Origin: Azolla caroliniana
Lineage: Eukaryota; Plantae; Polypodiophyta
Length of the DNA: 64,000 nt
Assembly (NCBI GenBank): GCA_043228905.1
Contig: JBHGNT010000011.1
Location: 18,228,001 to 18,292,000 of the forward strand
Direction: 5' to 3'
Shown piece by piece: positions 17,452-29,753 of this stretch (its first letter is position 1; each line of letters opens with the position of its first letter). The notes below the pieces were generated by a model. That model ran no database searches. It was not told where the DNA came from and worked only from the letters and a program-made list of their open reading frames with translations. The position numbers were made by a program, and so were the translations under genes.

Positions 17452-20279
17452 GCGTGCATCTCTTCCTCCATCGCGGCGCGCCAATTCGCGTCTTTAGCCG
17501 CTTCTGCGTAGCTCTCCGGCTCACGCACTTCCGCTACACGGGTCATGTACGCATAATGATGCGCCATGTACTCGTTGTAACCGAACCGCACAACTGGGTT
17601 CTTCTAGCGGGTAGATCGGCGTAATCTCACATTAGCCGATGTCGAGGCCTTCTCGGTCTACGCGGTCTTCATCTTTAAAGACCTGTCACCGGTTCTCTCG
17701 GAGTCGGACTCGCGTCGGTCTGACTCGTTCCTTTCCGTGCCGGAATCCGACACCTTCTTCTTCCCTTTCTCTTTGCGCGTAAGCCGTCTCCTCGGCTTCC
17801 TGCGCGGGGAATGCACGGCCGAGTCTCCACTACTCGCCGGCTCTTCATCGGACTGGTCATACCGACTCAGTCGTCCAATTGGTCCACTTAACCGGAGTGA
17901 AATCGGACTCTCTTCGCGGGTCTTGATTTCTGGCTCATCCGGAGGCATCTCAGCCTCGCTGACCTCATCGTCAGAACTCGTATTGGAGTCGGGGTTCCGA
18001 GTCGAGGGCAGGTACCAGGACGCGGACTCGTCAAACACAATGTCGCGGCTGACACGCGCTTGTTTGGTGCGAGGGTTATAACACTTATAACCCTTCTGCT
18101 CGTCCGAGTAACCGACCAAGATGCACTTCTCGGCCTTTGCGTCCAGCTTCCTCCTTTTCTCCTTCGGTACATGCACATATGCAATGCTACCGAACACCCT
18201 CAAGTGTCGCAAGTTCGGCTTCGTTCCGAAATATAGCACGTGCGCCGACACTTTATCTCCGATCCGGTTTTGGATGTATACCGCGGTCCTTACCACCTCG
18301 GCCCAGTAGAACTTGGGCAAGCTCTTCTCCTCCAGCATCGCCCGTGCTACTTCCACAATCGACCGATTCTTTCTCTCGGCCACGCCATTCTGCTCCGGCG
18401 TGTATCTACAACTGAATTCGCGGCGAATTCCCATTTGTTGTAGGTAACCGTTGAATTGACCGGAAAAGTACTCTTTTCCGCCATCCGACCGCAGGCACTT
18501 GAACTTTCGTCCCGTTTCGGCTTCCACGAACCCTTTGAGGTCCCAGAAACAGTCGAAGACTTTGCTCTTCCTCTCAATGAGGTAGATCCACGTGTGCCGC
18601 GTGTGGTCGTCGATGAAGGAGACGAAATATCGGCTCCCGCCAAGACTAGCGTTTTGTGTCGGCCCCCACACATCGGAGTGTATAAGGTCGAGCTTGTTCC
18701 GGCTCCGGTTTCGCTCGTTGGGGAAAGGAAGTCGGTGTTGCTTCCCGAGCTGGCAAGCTTCACAAATTTGTGCCTTTCGGCCACTAAACTTGGGCAATCC
18801 GAACACTGCCTGTTTCGATTGCAGATCTTGAAGCCGCTGGTGGTTGACGTGGCCTATCCGCTTGTGCCACAAGTCGATGTCCGACTCGGTCTTTTGTCCC
18901 TTCGCGAACATTGCGGTGCCGCCGTCAGTGGAGTCGAGGATGAACATCCTCCCGTCTCTGCGCCCTTGCGCAATCACATGGCCTTCTTCCTCAATGAAGC
19001 ACCCGAGGTGTGTAAACCGAACCTCCATCCCTTGGTCGACGATCTGTCCAACCGAGACCAAGTTCTTTGTGATTGTCGGAACGTGCAGCACGTTCTTGAG
19101 TTTCCCTTTCTGCCCCACATGGCTAAGGGGAACTTCTCCGACATTCGCGATCGGATGCGGAGTGTCGTCTCCTGTTGCGACTACTCCAGGTTGTATCGGT
19201 TTTTCAAGGTACGAGAACCACTCCTTATGGCTCGTCATGTGGTTTGACGCGCCGGAGTCTACGTACCACACCTCGTCCGATCTCGGGGTGCTCTGTTTCA
19301 TTGAGTTTGCTTCGTGTCTCGTCACGAAGACAGACCCTTCTCCGGCTCTCCCGGAGTCTTCAGCGTAGTGCGATCGCTGCCGATTTCCCTTGTCGGTATG
19401 TCTAGAGCCGTTCCCGGAACCAGTTCTCTCCGAATCAGCGCGCTTCTTCCAGCACTCACTTTCCCTGTGGCCTTTCTTGCCACAGTACCAGCACTCCGCG
19501 ATGGCCTTCCCTTGCCGGTTCTCATCGCTTCGACTCCCCCTGTTTCCGGAGGGTTCGGAGTTGCTATCGGCATCACTTCGGTGCCTTCTTCCTTGATCAC
19601 GTCGGCCGCCTCCATTGCGCGCCGACTCGCCTCGTCCGCCACGACCACGGGGCCTTTCTCCCTCCGTGTACAACATCTTGTTGTCGGTATGCGTGCTCGT
19701 CGACGCACCCGCGTGGTTCTCCTCTACCAGGAGCATCGACTGTAAGTCGAAAAAGGACGGCGTATTCTCCCGAGTACACACAGCCGTTCGGAACGCTCCG
19801 AACTTCGACGCCAAACCTCTGAGACAGATCTGGACCATCTCGCTCTCCTCGATGTTCACCTCTATGGAGGCGAGGGAGTTGCAGATATCCTTGATCTTCG
19901 AGGTATAGTCCGCCACCGACAAGTCGCATTGTCGTAGGTTGCTCAACTCCTGTCGGAGCTGCAGCTTCCTAGCTGTGGTGCTCGCGGCGAAAATCTTCTT
20001 CAGATTTTCCCACGCACCCTTCGGCGTCTTTGCATCCCGAACATAGCTCAATAGTTGTTCGCCCACACACGACGCGAAGCAGTATAGTACCCTGCTCGCT
20101 GATTGCTCCCACGACGGGAAGTCTTTGTGTGTCGATTCGGGTGCCGCGTCATTAGCTCCTTCGACATAACTCCAGTAGCCATGCCCGAGCAGGTACTGGT
20201 GCATCTTGTAGGACCAAGACGCGTAGTTGGTTCTGTCAAGCTTCTCTGTTGGAAGCGATCTCGCCATGCCTCTATCCAT
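17452..20279 (-). pseudogene. Copia A gag-protease-integrase with premature stops
   Basis: UBN2-like gag, CWYCGKKGHRESEC knuckle, WYVDSGASNHM protease, LWHKRIGH/CEAC, and LIHSDVWGP...RSDGGKEY...EQNGVAERKNR integrase. In-frame TAG at 17658-17660 and 17604-17606. Confidence 0.94.
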
Positions 20280-20340
20280 CGTTCTTCTTGTTCTTCTTCG
20301 TCAAGCTGTGTCGGCTGCAGAGAGGTTCTCAACCCTCGCA

Positions 20341-20351
20341 CTCTGATACCA
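20341..20351 (-). other. Copia A PBS for initiator tRNA-Met
   Basis: Minus-strand TGGTATCAGAG directly after the LTR. Confidence 0.92.
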
Positions 20352-20713
20352 TGTAGAAAGTAGCGTGTGGAAGCAAGTATGAAGACAGAACAGAGGAAGG
20401 AAACTCAGGTTCAATGGAGAGCTTAGGCTTACACGATATACGCGGGAGAGACAAAGAGAGAAACACAAAAAACTATATTCAACAATAATACTCAATCTCT
20501 GTACATAAGACGTGCTCAGTGAGCACTTTTATACAAGTCCTAGAAGGACTGACCGAAGTACTGACAGTACTTCAATGCTCATCAAGAGCCCCTACACTAA
20601 CTCCCAAATATATTCCTCACGGAATATCTTTCCTAACGACCTCCCGATTTATGTACTCGGCCTAACCGATCGGTCCCAACCGATCCGGCCGATGTTGAGC
20701 TTGTCTCTCAACA
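20352..20713 (-). repeat. Copia A 5' LTR (362 bp)
   Basis: Minus-strand TGTTG...CTACA, with TATAAAAG near 20526-20533. Confidence 0.9.
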
Positions 20714-21126
20714 AGCATGTGTTCGGCTTGCACATTGCTCCTCGTTCGAACGTGATTTTCTTCGACCCGTAGCATTGACTGGAGATCAAAGAATGAGGAA
20801 GGATTCTCCCTTGCGAGGATGACCAACCTTATCGCGCCGAACCGTTACAGGAAACAATAAAACTTATTAACAAGGAGTAAGAATGAACCAATCAACCATT
20901 ACAAAGAGGAGGAGAAGGTGCTTACGTAGTCACCTTCTCTCTTTGTTCTCTTACTACAACCACTACTTACAAAAGAGGTGGAGACTTAATTATCTACTAA
21001 ATATGTGTCATAGAGCCTTAAACTTCTATGACACACTAGTTACTATACTTGGAGGTGGGGTGTTCACACACTTGAGTATACTAAGGTGTGTTCCCACACT
21101 AGGGAAGTTGAGTTTGATTCTCAACA
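20714..21126. mobile_element. Probable remnant of an older LTR into which copia A inserted
   Basis: Ends in ttgagtttgattctcaaca, resembling the copia A LTR end ttgagcttgtctctcaaca. No partner LTR or TSD is visible. Confidence 0.4.
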
Positions 21127-21139
21127 TTGACTTATGAAA

Positions 21140-21540
21140 GTAATCTATAACAACTCAAACAAAGGCATCAAAAAGTTTGACAAAGATTAATGTTAGTTAA
21201 GCTTATAATGATTATAATCTATAATATGTCAAGGCCATTCATGACAATACTACCAAAACAATAATTTGATGTCAAAACAAGTGATGAGGATCAATGCTAC
21301 ATTAACAATGAAGATAATCTATAACAATCCAAAGTCATACATGAATATTACCAAAACAATATTGTGGTGCCAAAACATTGATGAGGGTTAGTCCTAGTTT
21401 AACCTACATAGATAAACTACATTAGCTCAATAATACACAGGAGTAATTAAAGAAAAGGATATGGTGGCATTAAAAAAACTCGACAATGACCTACAAAGGT
21501 AGTCTATAATATTTCAAGATCAAACATGACTTTGGCTATA
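21140..21540. repeat. Degenerate AT-rich tandem repeat, unit about 100 bp
   Basis: Recurring taatctataa...catga...accaaaacaat...tgatgagg at about 21141, 21215, 21315 and 21500. Confidence 0.55.
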
Positions 21541-23090
21541 AATAAATGATATGGTGACATCAAATAACATGGTTTTAGATAGAAGATACATATATTATTA
21601 TGATAGCAAGGATCAACACTAGACTAATATATGCATGCTATTATAGTAGCCAACTTTACGATTATAGGCACCAAATCCCACTTACCACTAAAACAAAGAA
21701 CAACGATTCCAAAAGCATGATTTCAAATAAAAGAAGCACACCTAGGCGTGTGACTAAGGAAAAGGAAGTAATTGGGTAACGATAGCACCTACAAGCACTT
21801 TTTTAAGCATGACTTCAAGTCTAAGACTCATACATAAGCATTAAGAAATTATACATAATAAGGCACTAAAGAAAAGGAAGCAATTGGATAAGGATAAACA
21901 CAAACATGACCCTTCATTATCAAATAATTTTTTATTAATATAACATTGTATGCCGATTTTGCTTATATATTAATTACTATTTGAACTTTTAGCAAGGTGA
22001 AGTGAGGCTTTCATATGTACCAATATTTGGTTAAATTCAACAATTGTATATTAGTTAAGGTAATGAGATATTTGAAACATTAGGCTATGCATGAATCCTC
22101 TAGTGCAAGTGGGTTCATTAATAATATACTCCACAATGGTTGGTCTTGTTCACAAATAATAGATTTTACCTCCTTAATGTGTCAAGCACATCATGCACTT
22201 GCATGGGATCAATGCTATGGTCTTATGACATCAATGACTACATTCGAGAGATACATGAAAATTAGAATTTCAACAGAGAATGTCCCCGTGTATTCATGAG
22301 AACCAACGATGATACTTCACAATAATACTTTATGGATGTTGACAACCTTCACGATCACCCTTTTTCTTATTGACTTTGTATGGATAAAGCTATAGAATGA
22401 CTTAATGCTGATATATCCATGTTAAGCTAAAACAATGGCAACCTTTCCTAAAAATCAACCCTATTTCCAATTCCATCCTATTCATTTGTTACTATGGTGG
22501 TGATTTCTATCTATGTAATCATCTCAATGTTTTCGTGGATGAATAGATGCAAGATTTGATGGATGCCATGCTAAAGTTAAGAGACATCCAGCCTGTTAAG
22601 GATGAACAGAAATCATGAATGGAAGTGTGATAGGTAGGATGGAATCGAACCATGGAATCGAACCAATAGCAATCATGTAGCCATTGGGGCACCTTTGGAT
22701 GTTTGGGAGTAGATCATTAGATGGTTACGACATCTTTTTCTTTCTCTCTCTCTCTCTCTCTCTCTCATGTTTTGCGGGTTCATGAACAAACTATAAAATT
22801 ATATCGGGTTGTGTTGTTTAGTCAGGTGAGGATGTGTGCGAGTCACTTGTCGGGGAACATTTTTGGGTGGGCTTTCGTCAATATAGATAGGTTTGTCTGG
22901 GATCGCGGCATGCAAATATGTTTTATTGCCCCACCAGAGTTCAAATCTCCGCGGAGCGGAGCCACTCCAAAAGCCACAATAACATTCCCAAGTGAAGATA
23001 TATGTATGCATAGTAATGTTAAGTGAGGATATTATCGCATGGGCCCCTGAGAGAACTAGCTACTGGAAATTGGATGAGATGAGATGAAGC

Positions 23091-26000
23091 ATGGCTTCTT
23101 CTTCTTCTTCTTCTTCTTCTTCTACCTCCTCCTCCTCCCCTTCTTCTTCTCTGCGAGTTCTGTGTTTAACTCAAGGGGCCTTAGACGCTATATGTGCCCT
23201 TGGTCTTCAAGATTGCCTTGTTGGGCGAACACACGAATGCACGCAACCCCCCTCTGTTCTTCATCTCCCCTGTTTCTCCTCATGTGAAAACAGCTCCTCA
23301 CGTAAGGTAAATCTCCTGCAAGTTTATAGATGATAAAACCCACCATGAGCGGATAAATCTCCTGCAAGTTCATAGATGATAAAACCCACATGAGTGACAT
23401 GGCATGTATGCGTGTAAGGGTGTGTGTATGTATGTATGTTTGTATGCGTGAATGTATTTATGTAGCTACACATAATGCATGTACATATATAGGTGTGTAT
23501 GTATGTATGTATGCGTGAATGCATTTGTGTAGGTATACACAATGCATACATGCACGTATGTCTTTATGCAGGTTATGTAAGTGTGAATGTATGTAGGTAT
23601 GCATGTGAGTGTATGTATATTTACCCGTCTGATCTTTAATGAGTGTTGCTTGTTTCAGCTTGGACTCAGCTTGAACTGGGAACTGTTGAAAGATTTAAAA
23701 CCAGATGTGATCTTTACTCAAAACCAGATCAATTCTGATGATGCAGACTTTCATCGACAGATTCATTGGAAAGACATTAACAATTGTAGAGTTGTCTATC
23801 TTCAATCCAGTACTGTAGGTTTCATCCTTTTATTTGCATTTCTCAAGCGTGTTTGAGCAAGTTTCCTCTGTTTAAATACATCTTTTGAAATAGTTTTGGT
23901 CAATTTTTCCTTTTTTCATCTGCATTTTCGTCAAGGATGATTGATCATCTCATAATGCCCCAAATTTTTGAAAGGTAATGTACGTCCACTCTCAAAATCT
24001 AGACTGCACATCTTAATCTGCATTTTTCCCATCACAATTGAACATCTCATAATGGGTTAAAATTATGAAACAGATACATGTCGATTTTGATTCACTGGTT
24101 ACTGGCATAGGATAGAGTTCATGAGTTAGAGACAATTGCACATGATTATTTGTGTTGTGTTGACGATTTTGAAAGAGTACGTTTGCTACTTTTGATTTTC
24201 AGGTGGAGGATATATTTCATAATCTAGAAACCATTGCACAATATTGTGGGGTTGGAAAGGAGGGAGGAAAGCTGGTGTCGGCATTGCAATTAAAATGGAA
24301 GAGGATAAAGCAAAAGACTCCACAATGGGCCGATGGCATGCCTCGGGTCAATGTTGCATGCATTTCTTGTGCAAATCCATTAACTTCATCAGGTTACTGG
24401 ATTCCAGAGATAATAAGCTCTGCTGGGGGCTTGAGTTTATGTAGTAAAATAGGTCACCCAAACGAATCTATGACTTTAAAAGACCTTGTGGGAAGTGAGC
24501 CAGATGTTATAGTCTACCTATGTCGAGGACTTCATTTCGGGATCATAGCTAGAGAGTTGTCTCGGCTTGTCACTTCAAATGAGTGGAGGAAAATCAAAGC
24601 AATTAAGGCCAACCGATTCTTTGTAATTGATTCAAATAAGTATGTGACTAAATCCAAGCATTATGGTTGCGTCTGACATCAGTCATCCTGGTCATTGTGA
24701 TTGCACGTCATTCATCCCATTTGGTTGTTATGGCTGCTTGTTTTGTGACTCATTGTATGCCACCATTATGGTTGCTTGTCAATGGTCTGTAATTCGTCGT
24801 ATGTGGTCGTTACATTTGCTTGCAATGTCCACTCATCCTATACTTGTTTCTGCAGGTTTTTTATAGATTCAGCTCCAAATGTGGTTCTCTCCACAGAAAT
24901 AATGGCAGAGATTTTGCATGGATTTGAGTATGGTCATGCTGGTAAGGGATTTTTAAGATGGACAGATCCTTCAGTTACGAAACAGTGGCATGCTCACAAG
25001 AACCAGTTTCAAAGCATGCCTGAAACCTGCCCAAATGCACATGATCATTCAAAATGTGTGACAAAAATGCCTGTTTTTGCAAAAGGAAAAGATCAGGATG
25101 TGGTTGGTTCTAATCTTGAGATTGATGGATGGGGTAAAGATGAAGTTGTAGAGACAATAAACAAAGGTATGTTAATCAATAGAGCTGTAATAACTGAAGT
25201 GAGTAATCCATCAAGATCATATGATGTAAATAGTGTGTATTCTAGTAGTCCTTGTGACAAATGGCCGAATCCAGTTATGGAAATGCACTCTTACAAACCA
25301 CCCACAAGACTACCAATTCGGAAGGCAGTGAGCTCTCTCAGTTCTTTTTATGTGTGTGAGCATGAGGAAGTCAAAGAAGAGAAAAAATATGCACAGAAAG
25401 TTTGTGGTTCTTTAAAGCAACCCTTTATTAGCAAGAAAATAGAAGTATCTGAGAGATATCTATATGAACAAGAAATCATATCAAAAGTATGGGCAATTAC
25501 GCAATCTGCAGCAAAGAATCGGGCTATAATTGCTACAAGTCTGAATTCTAAAAGTTCAATCCTGATGAAATTTTCTGGAGCCAGTTCAATATCAAAAAAC
25601 GAAAGACCAAAGCTTTCATCTGGTAACATATCTGTGGACAGTTTCAAAGATGATGTGAACAAAAGGAAGAAAATCTCTTGTTCCCCACCCTTAAATCTAG
25701 TATTGCAAGGCATGCCTAAAATGGCGAGGCTTCTTAGAAACTCTTTTCTTAAAACACTTGCTGACTTGCAATCTGTGGAATGTCTTCTACTTAGTGGAGG
25801 TCTAGCCTCTAGTACTCTTTATGAAATAGTTCCACAGGTTAGTTCAAAGTGTTTCAAGATGGGTTTTACAGTATTGGCTGGGCCAGAAGCAATGGACACT
25901 GCTTATGCGGGAGTAGTTGCAAAGCATAAGGCCATCGACCATGTGATCGTTGGTGACAAGAGTAAAGAATCCGCTATACTTTTGCTTGCAAAGGAGCTCC

Positions 26001-27629
26001 CATTTGTTGTTGAGAACGTGAAAACTTTTGATCCATTTCAGGTATGTGTGTCTTCACTGTTTTTCAATTCCAATAGCCTACACCCAAACCTTAAATCCCG
26101 AATTTGTTGTTGTCAAGTTCTTACGTTTAGAATTTTTGGTGATTAAATCAGATACGTGGGTGTGTACCAATATCTGCAGCCTTGAGAGAGGCTAAAATCA
26201 GAGGATTTAAGTGTGTCGTTACAGGTGATGGATTGGATGAGCTCCTTTTGAGGTATGTGCTTTGCTTTAGTGAATTCTAGACAAATGTGGAGCATTTGTG
26301 CTTTCTACTGAATCAAAATTTACATTGTAGGGATGGACCTGTATTGACAGAGGCACAAGTTTTCCAACTTGAAATCTCAAATATTCTCTCTAAATCAGTG
26401 GTACTCTTGGGTGAGGCCTTAGGTATTAAGGTGAGTTTTAAGAACCCTTCTAGATGGATATCTCTAAAACAAGAGAAAACACTTCCCTTGTGACTAAGGT
26501 GTATTGTAATTGTGTATTTTCCTCTGTAGGTGATTCAACCTTTTTTGGACCCTAAATTTGTAGAAGAATGCAAGGCATTGCGTCCTTTTGGAGCCCAAAC
26601 TTTTGAGGGTGCAAGATCAATGTGGAAAAAGGCATTTCCGGAAGTATCTTACTGGTGCAAAAGGAAGAACTCCATTGAGGTAATTTCCATTACATACTAA
26701 AATATTATTCTAAGCTTATGTTCTGAATAATTAACTTATTTAGTTAGAGGCAGGACTATTTTCTGATTCTTTTGCTAAGCCCCAGGCTTATTAATGATGA
26801 ATATTACAATATTACCACGAGAGGCAACACTCGTCCTTTTAAAGTATATCATGTTCATGTTGGTTATTAAACATTTAGGGATGCAATTGATCTGTTTTTT
26901 TTGTTGTTATTTTAGTTTGGAAGTGGCATGCATTATGTAACTGAGTATTTCACTTCGGCAATACCTACCTTTATTCTTGCAAATAAAGCAAAGCTTGTCC
27001 ACCTAAAAGAGAGAGTACACATTCACAGCACTGAACAATTGGTCTATTACCGAGCTTTCAAGAGGATCTTCAAGGGGAAGATACCAAAGGGCATGTTGCG
27101 CTGGCAAAGGGATCCATGTTCCCAATGTGGTTATCAACTCTCGTTGGATATTAATTGGTATTGTTTAGTATGTGGATTTTGCAAAGCCCATCAAGGTAGA
27201 CCATCACATACAAGAGAAGTGCTTCAACTTACTCTCCCAAAAGAGCTGGATAGAGGAAGCTTCCCGAACATGACAATGCGTATGCATGAAGAAACTGGGG
27301 TAGAAAAAGATAGTGGTAGATGTGGAGGTATACTAACTAATGAGCCAAGGAAGATGGATTCCCAATATCACAAAGAGGCTGAAGCTTTTCTGAAGCATGA
27401 TGATGGAGAAGCCAACAACAAGGTTAGCACAAAGAAAGGTAATAGCTTATTAAAAAAAGGTAACCAATGTGTGAGTAGAACTAACAATCTGGTTGGAAAA
27501 TCCACAAATCCAAAACTTTTGCCAGAGTCTCGTCAAACATATGACAAACAAAAAAAGCAGAGGTATGTAGCTCTTTTAGGAGCAGCTTCAGCTGGTTTGC
27601 TCTTGCTTCTACAACTATCCAAGGGGTAA
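23091..27629 (+). CDS. 8-exon gene (about 1019 aa): BtuF-like Fe/B12 periplasmic-binding domain, linker, asparagine-synthase-like C domain, Cys4 Zn ribbon and C-terminal hydrophobic anchor
   Basis: Exons 23091-23306, 23659-23814, 24203-24639, 24856-26041, 26152-26252, 26331-26430, 26530-26679 and 26916-27629, all GT-AG and phase-consistent. Motifs LVGRTHEC, LKPDVIFTQ, GYWIPEII, EIMAEILH; LLLSGGLASS, VTGDGLDEL, QPFLD, GSG; CSQC...CLVC. Confidence 0.85.
23400..23620. repeat. Imperfect (GTAT/TGCA)n microsatellite in intron 1
   Basis: Runs of gtatgtatgt and gcgtgaatg. Confidence 0.8.
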
Positions 27630-29753
27630 TATTTGTTGGGAAGATTTTTGTCCAGGAAGGTAATTCCATCAGTGTGATGATTCATATCATCTAATCTTAA
27701 CAGTGAGCATAGGAAACAACCAAAATAAATGGATTTATTATTCTTCAAATTTGACAAGATTAGACTATTGAGGTACTTGGATTGCCCTGTTCTTATTGAA
27801 CATCATTCTTTCCATTAGATGTGGGATTGATCTGACTCCTTTTCATCCATGAGACATACTTGGTCAATATGAATAATCCTTGTCACGTTTCTTCCATTTG
27901 CAATGTACAAAGAAAAATTACTGTATTAATTGCAATTTTGTTAGGTTTATCTATGTAGTCTCAATCTAATTCAGTTGAAGTATTATTAAAGCTAACTGTA
28001 AATGATCCTCATATGCAGAGAATATAACCATCCACACACACCATGCGGAAAATATCTGGAATAATAAATCCAAAAACACTTTAAAGTCTGTCCATTGTTT
28101 TGCTAATATTGTTACTTGGCTGGCCAAACATAAAATGTTTAACTGATTCTAAATCATTATGACTTCTTTTGCAAAGGCATTTCAATTTTGGCTGCAAAAC
28201 ATTTAGCACTCTAGTATCTATATGACATGAGTGAGTGTCATGGGTTTCCATACTTCAGTTCTTGTTACAAGATTGTATTTTCGAGTTTGCTATTGGTTGG
28301 GATATAATCTTGGCTTACTGACCATCATTCTAGTGTCTGTCCATAACATCAAGTAATTGTTTGTTTTCCAAGTAAAAAATGGCACCTGGTAGTTAATATC
28401 AATTGTTGGAGTGGGATTTGAAGGTGTCCGGCATACAATTAATCCTTGTTTTGAAAGTGACATTGGATTGCCAACATTTACTGTGTGCAGACTAGCTCGG
28501 GGCATGGTACTTTGAATAAGATTATGCATCCTTTTGCATAGATCTAAGTGAAATAGTATTGGCCAAAATAGGTATGTACAATCTAACACGACAGTGTAAT
28601 TCAATAGGATGATGCATATTGAAAGGCATCTTATGATATTTGTGATGCATTCATTTCAATAGATCAGACTCCTGCATTTATGTACAATCTATTTAAAGAA
28701 AAACCTCAATGTGAAGTGAAAATCCACAAAATAACAAAGAGAATTGTATGTGTCGAGTAGACAAGACACCAGGATACGGCAGAATCTCATGACCGGCCTC
28801 AATGGGGATTAAACAGCCATGATTATAAAGAATCAATGCTAACTACAATTTTTATGGAACAATGAAGTGCTGACACACTCAAAGTAAAGAATGTAAGTTT
28901 GACATGACATGACCGTAACTTGTATACAATCATATGGAGAATCAAATAGAAATTGTATTGGGGGATTTCTTGAAAGATGTGATTTCATATAGCTGTTTTT
29001 TACCAAAGACACCAATTGTAGGCCATCCTAATGGTCCAAAGTGCCCAAAATAGTCCATTGGGGCAAATAACCATTGCTTGATGTCTTGTTGACTTTGCTT
29101 GAACAACCAAAATCCTTTTCTAAACCTTTGCTCAGGAAATCTGGATGAAGGTGATGCACATATTCTTTGTATAAATATCCTTTAGTGTTAAGGTTGCTTC
29201 ATCCTCCTCCACATCATGCCCAATGTGATGAAGCTATCTTACTCTTGTAAATTAAACCCAATAAGATGCACATGCAAAAAACATCTTCATAAGAAAACCT
29301 TTTGCTTATAAGCACAAAGAGTTCCATGATTACAAGCTTCTTGCTTTCCATTTTATGTTTTATAATGCTTTTTTCCAATCCTTCTACACAAAGGGGTGAA
29401 GTCCATAAGAGTACGGGTATCATATGCATAGACTAAATTGATATGACGATTCTACAACCCCTCTGCAAGTTATGTGCTCATATCTCATCCTAACAGATAA
29501 GAGCATACTCTGCATACATAGATTAGCATAAAACACTTTCTATTATTGAGAAATTTCCTGGTATATTAAAGCTCGAAGGTTTTAAGCATCATCATTTTAT
29601 ATTAGAGAATGCCGTTAATCAATTATCTGCAATGGAAAAAATGCATCCACCTGTAGAAGTATTTGGATACCTTTAGAACTATTCATGATACATGGAACTC
29701 TTTCTACAAACTAATGGTAGAGCATCGATTAGAAACATCATAAATACTTTTGT

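Larger units (their letters stand above)
1040..20713 (-). mobile_element. Ty1/copia element A (decayed), host of three nested insertions
   Basis: It has a 5' LTR (20352-20713), a Met PBS, gag-PR-INT-RT-RH domain order and a PPT GAGGGGGAG at 1082-1090. The 3' LTR remnant (1048-1081) is identical to the end of the 5' LTR (ccgatccggccgatgttgagcttgtctctcaaca). Confidence 0.92.
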
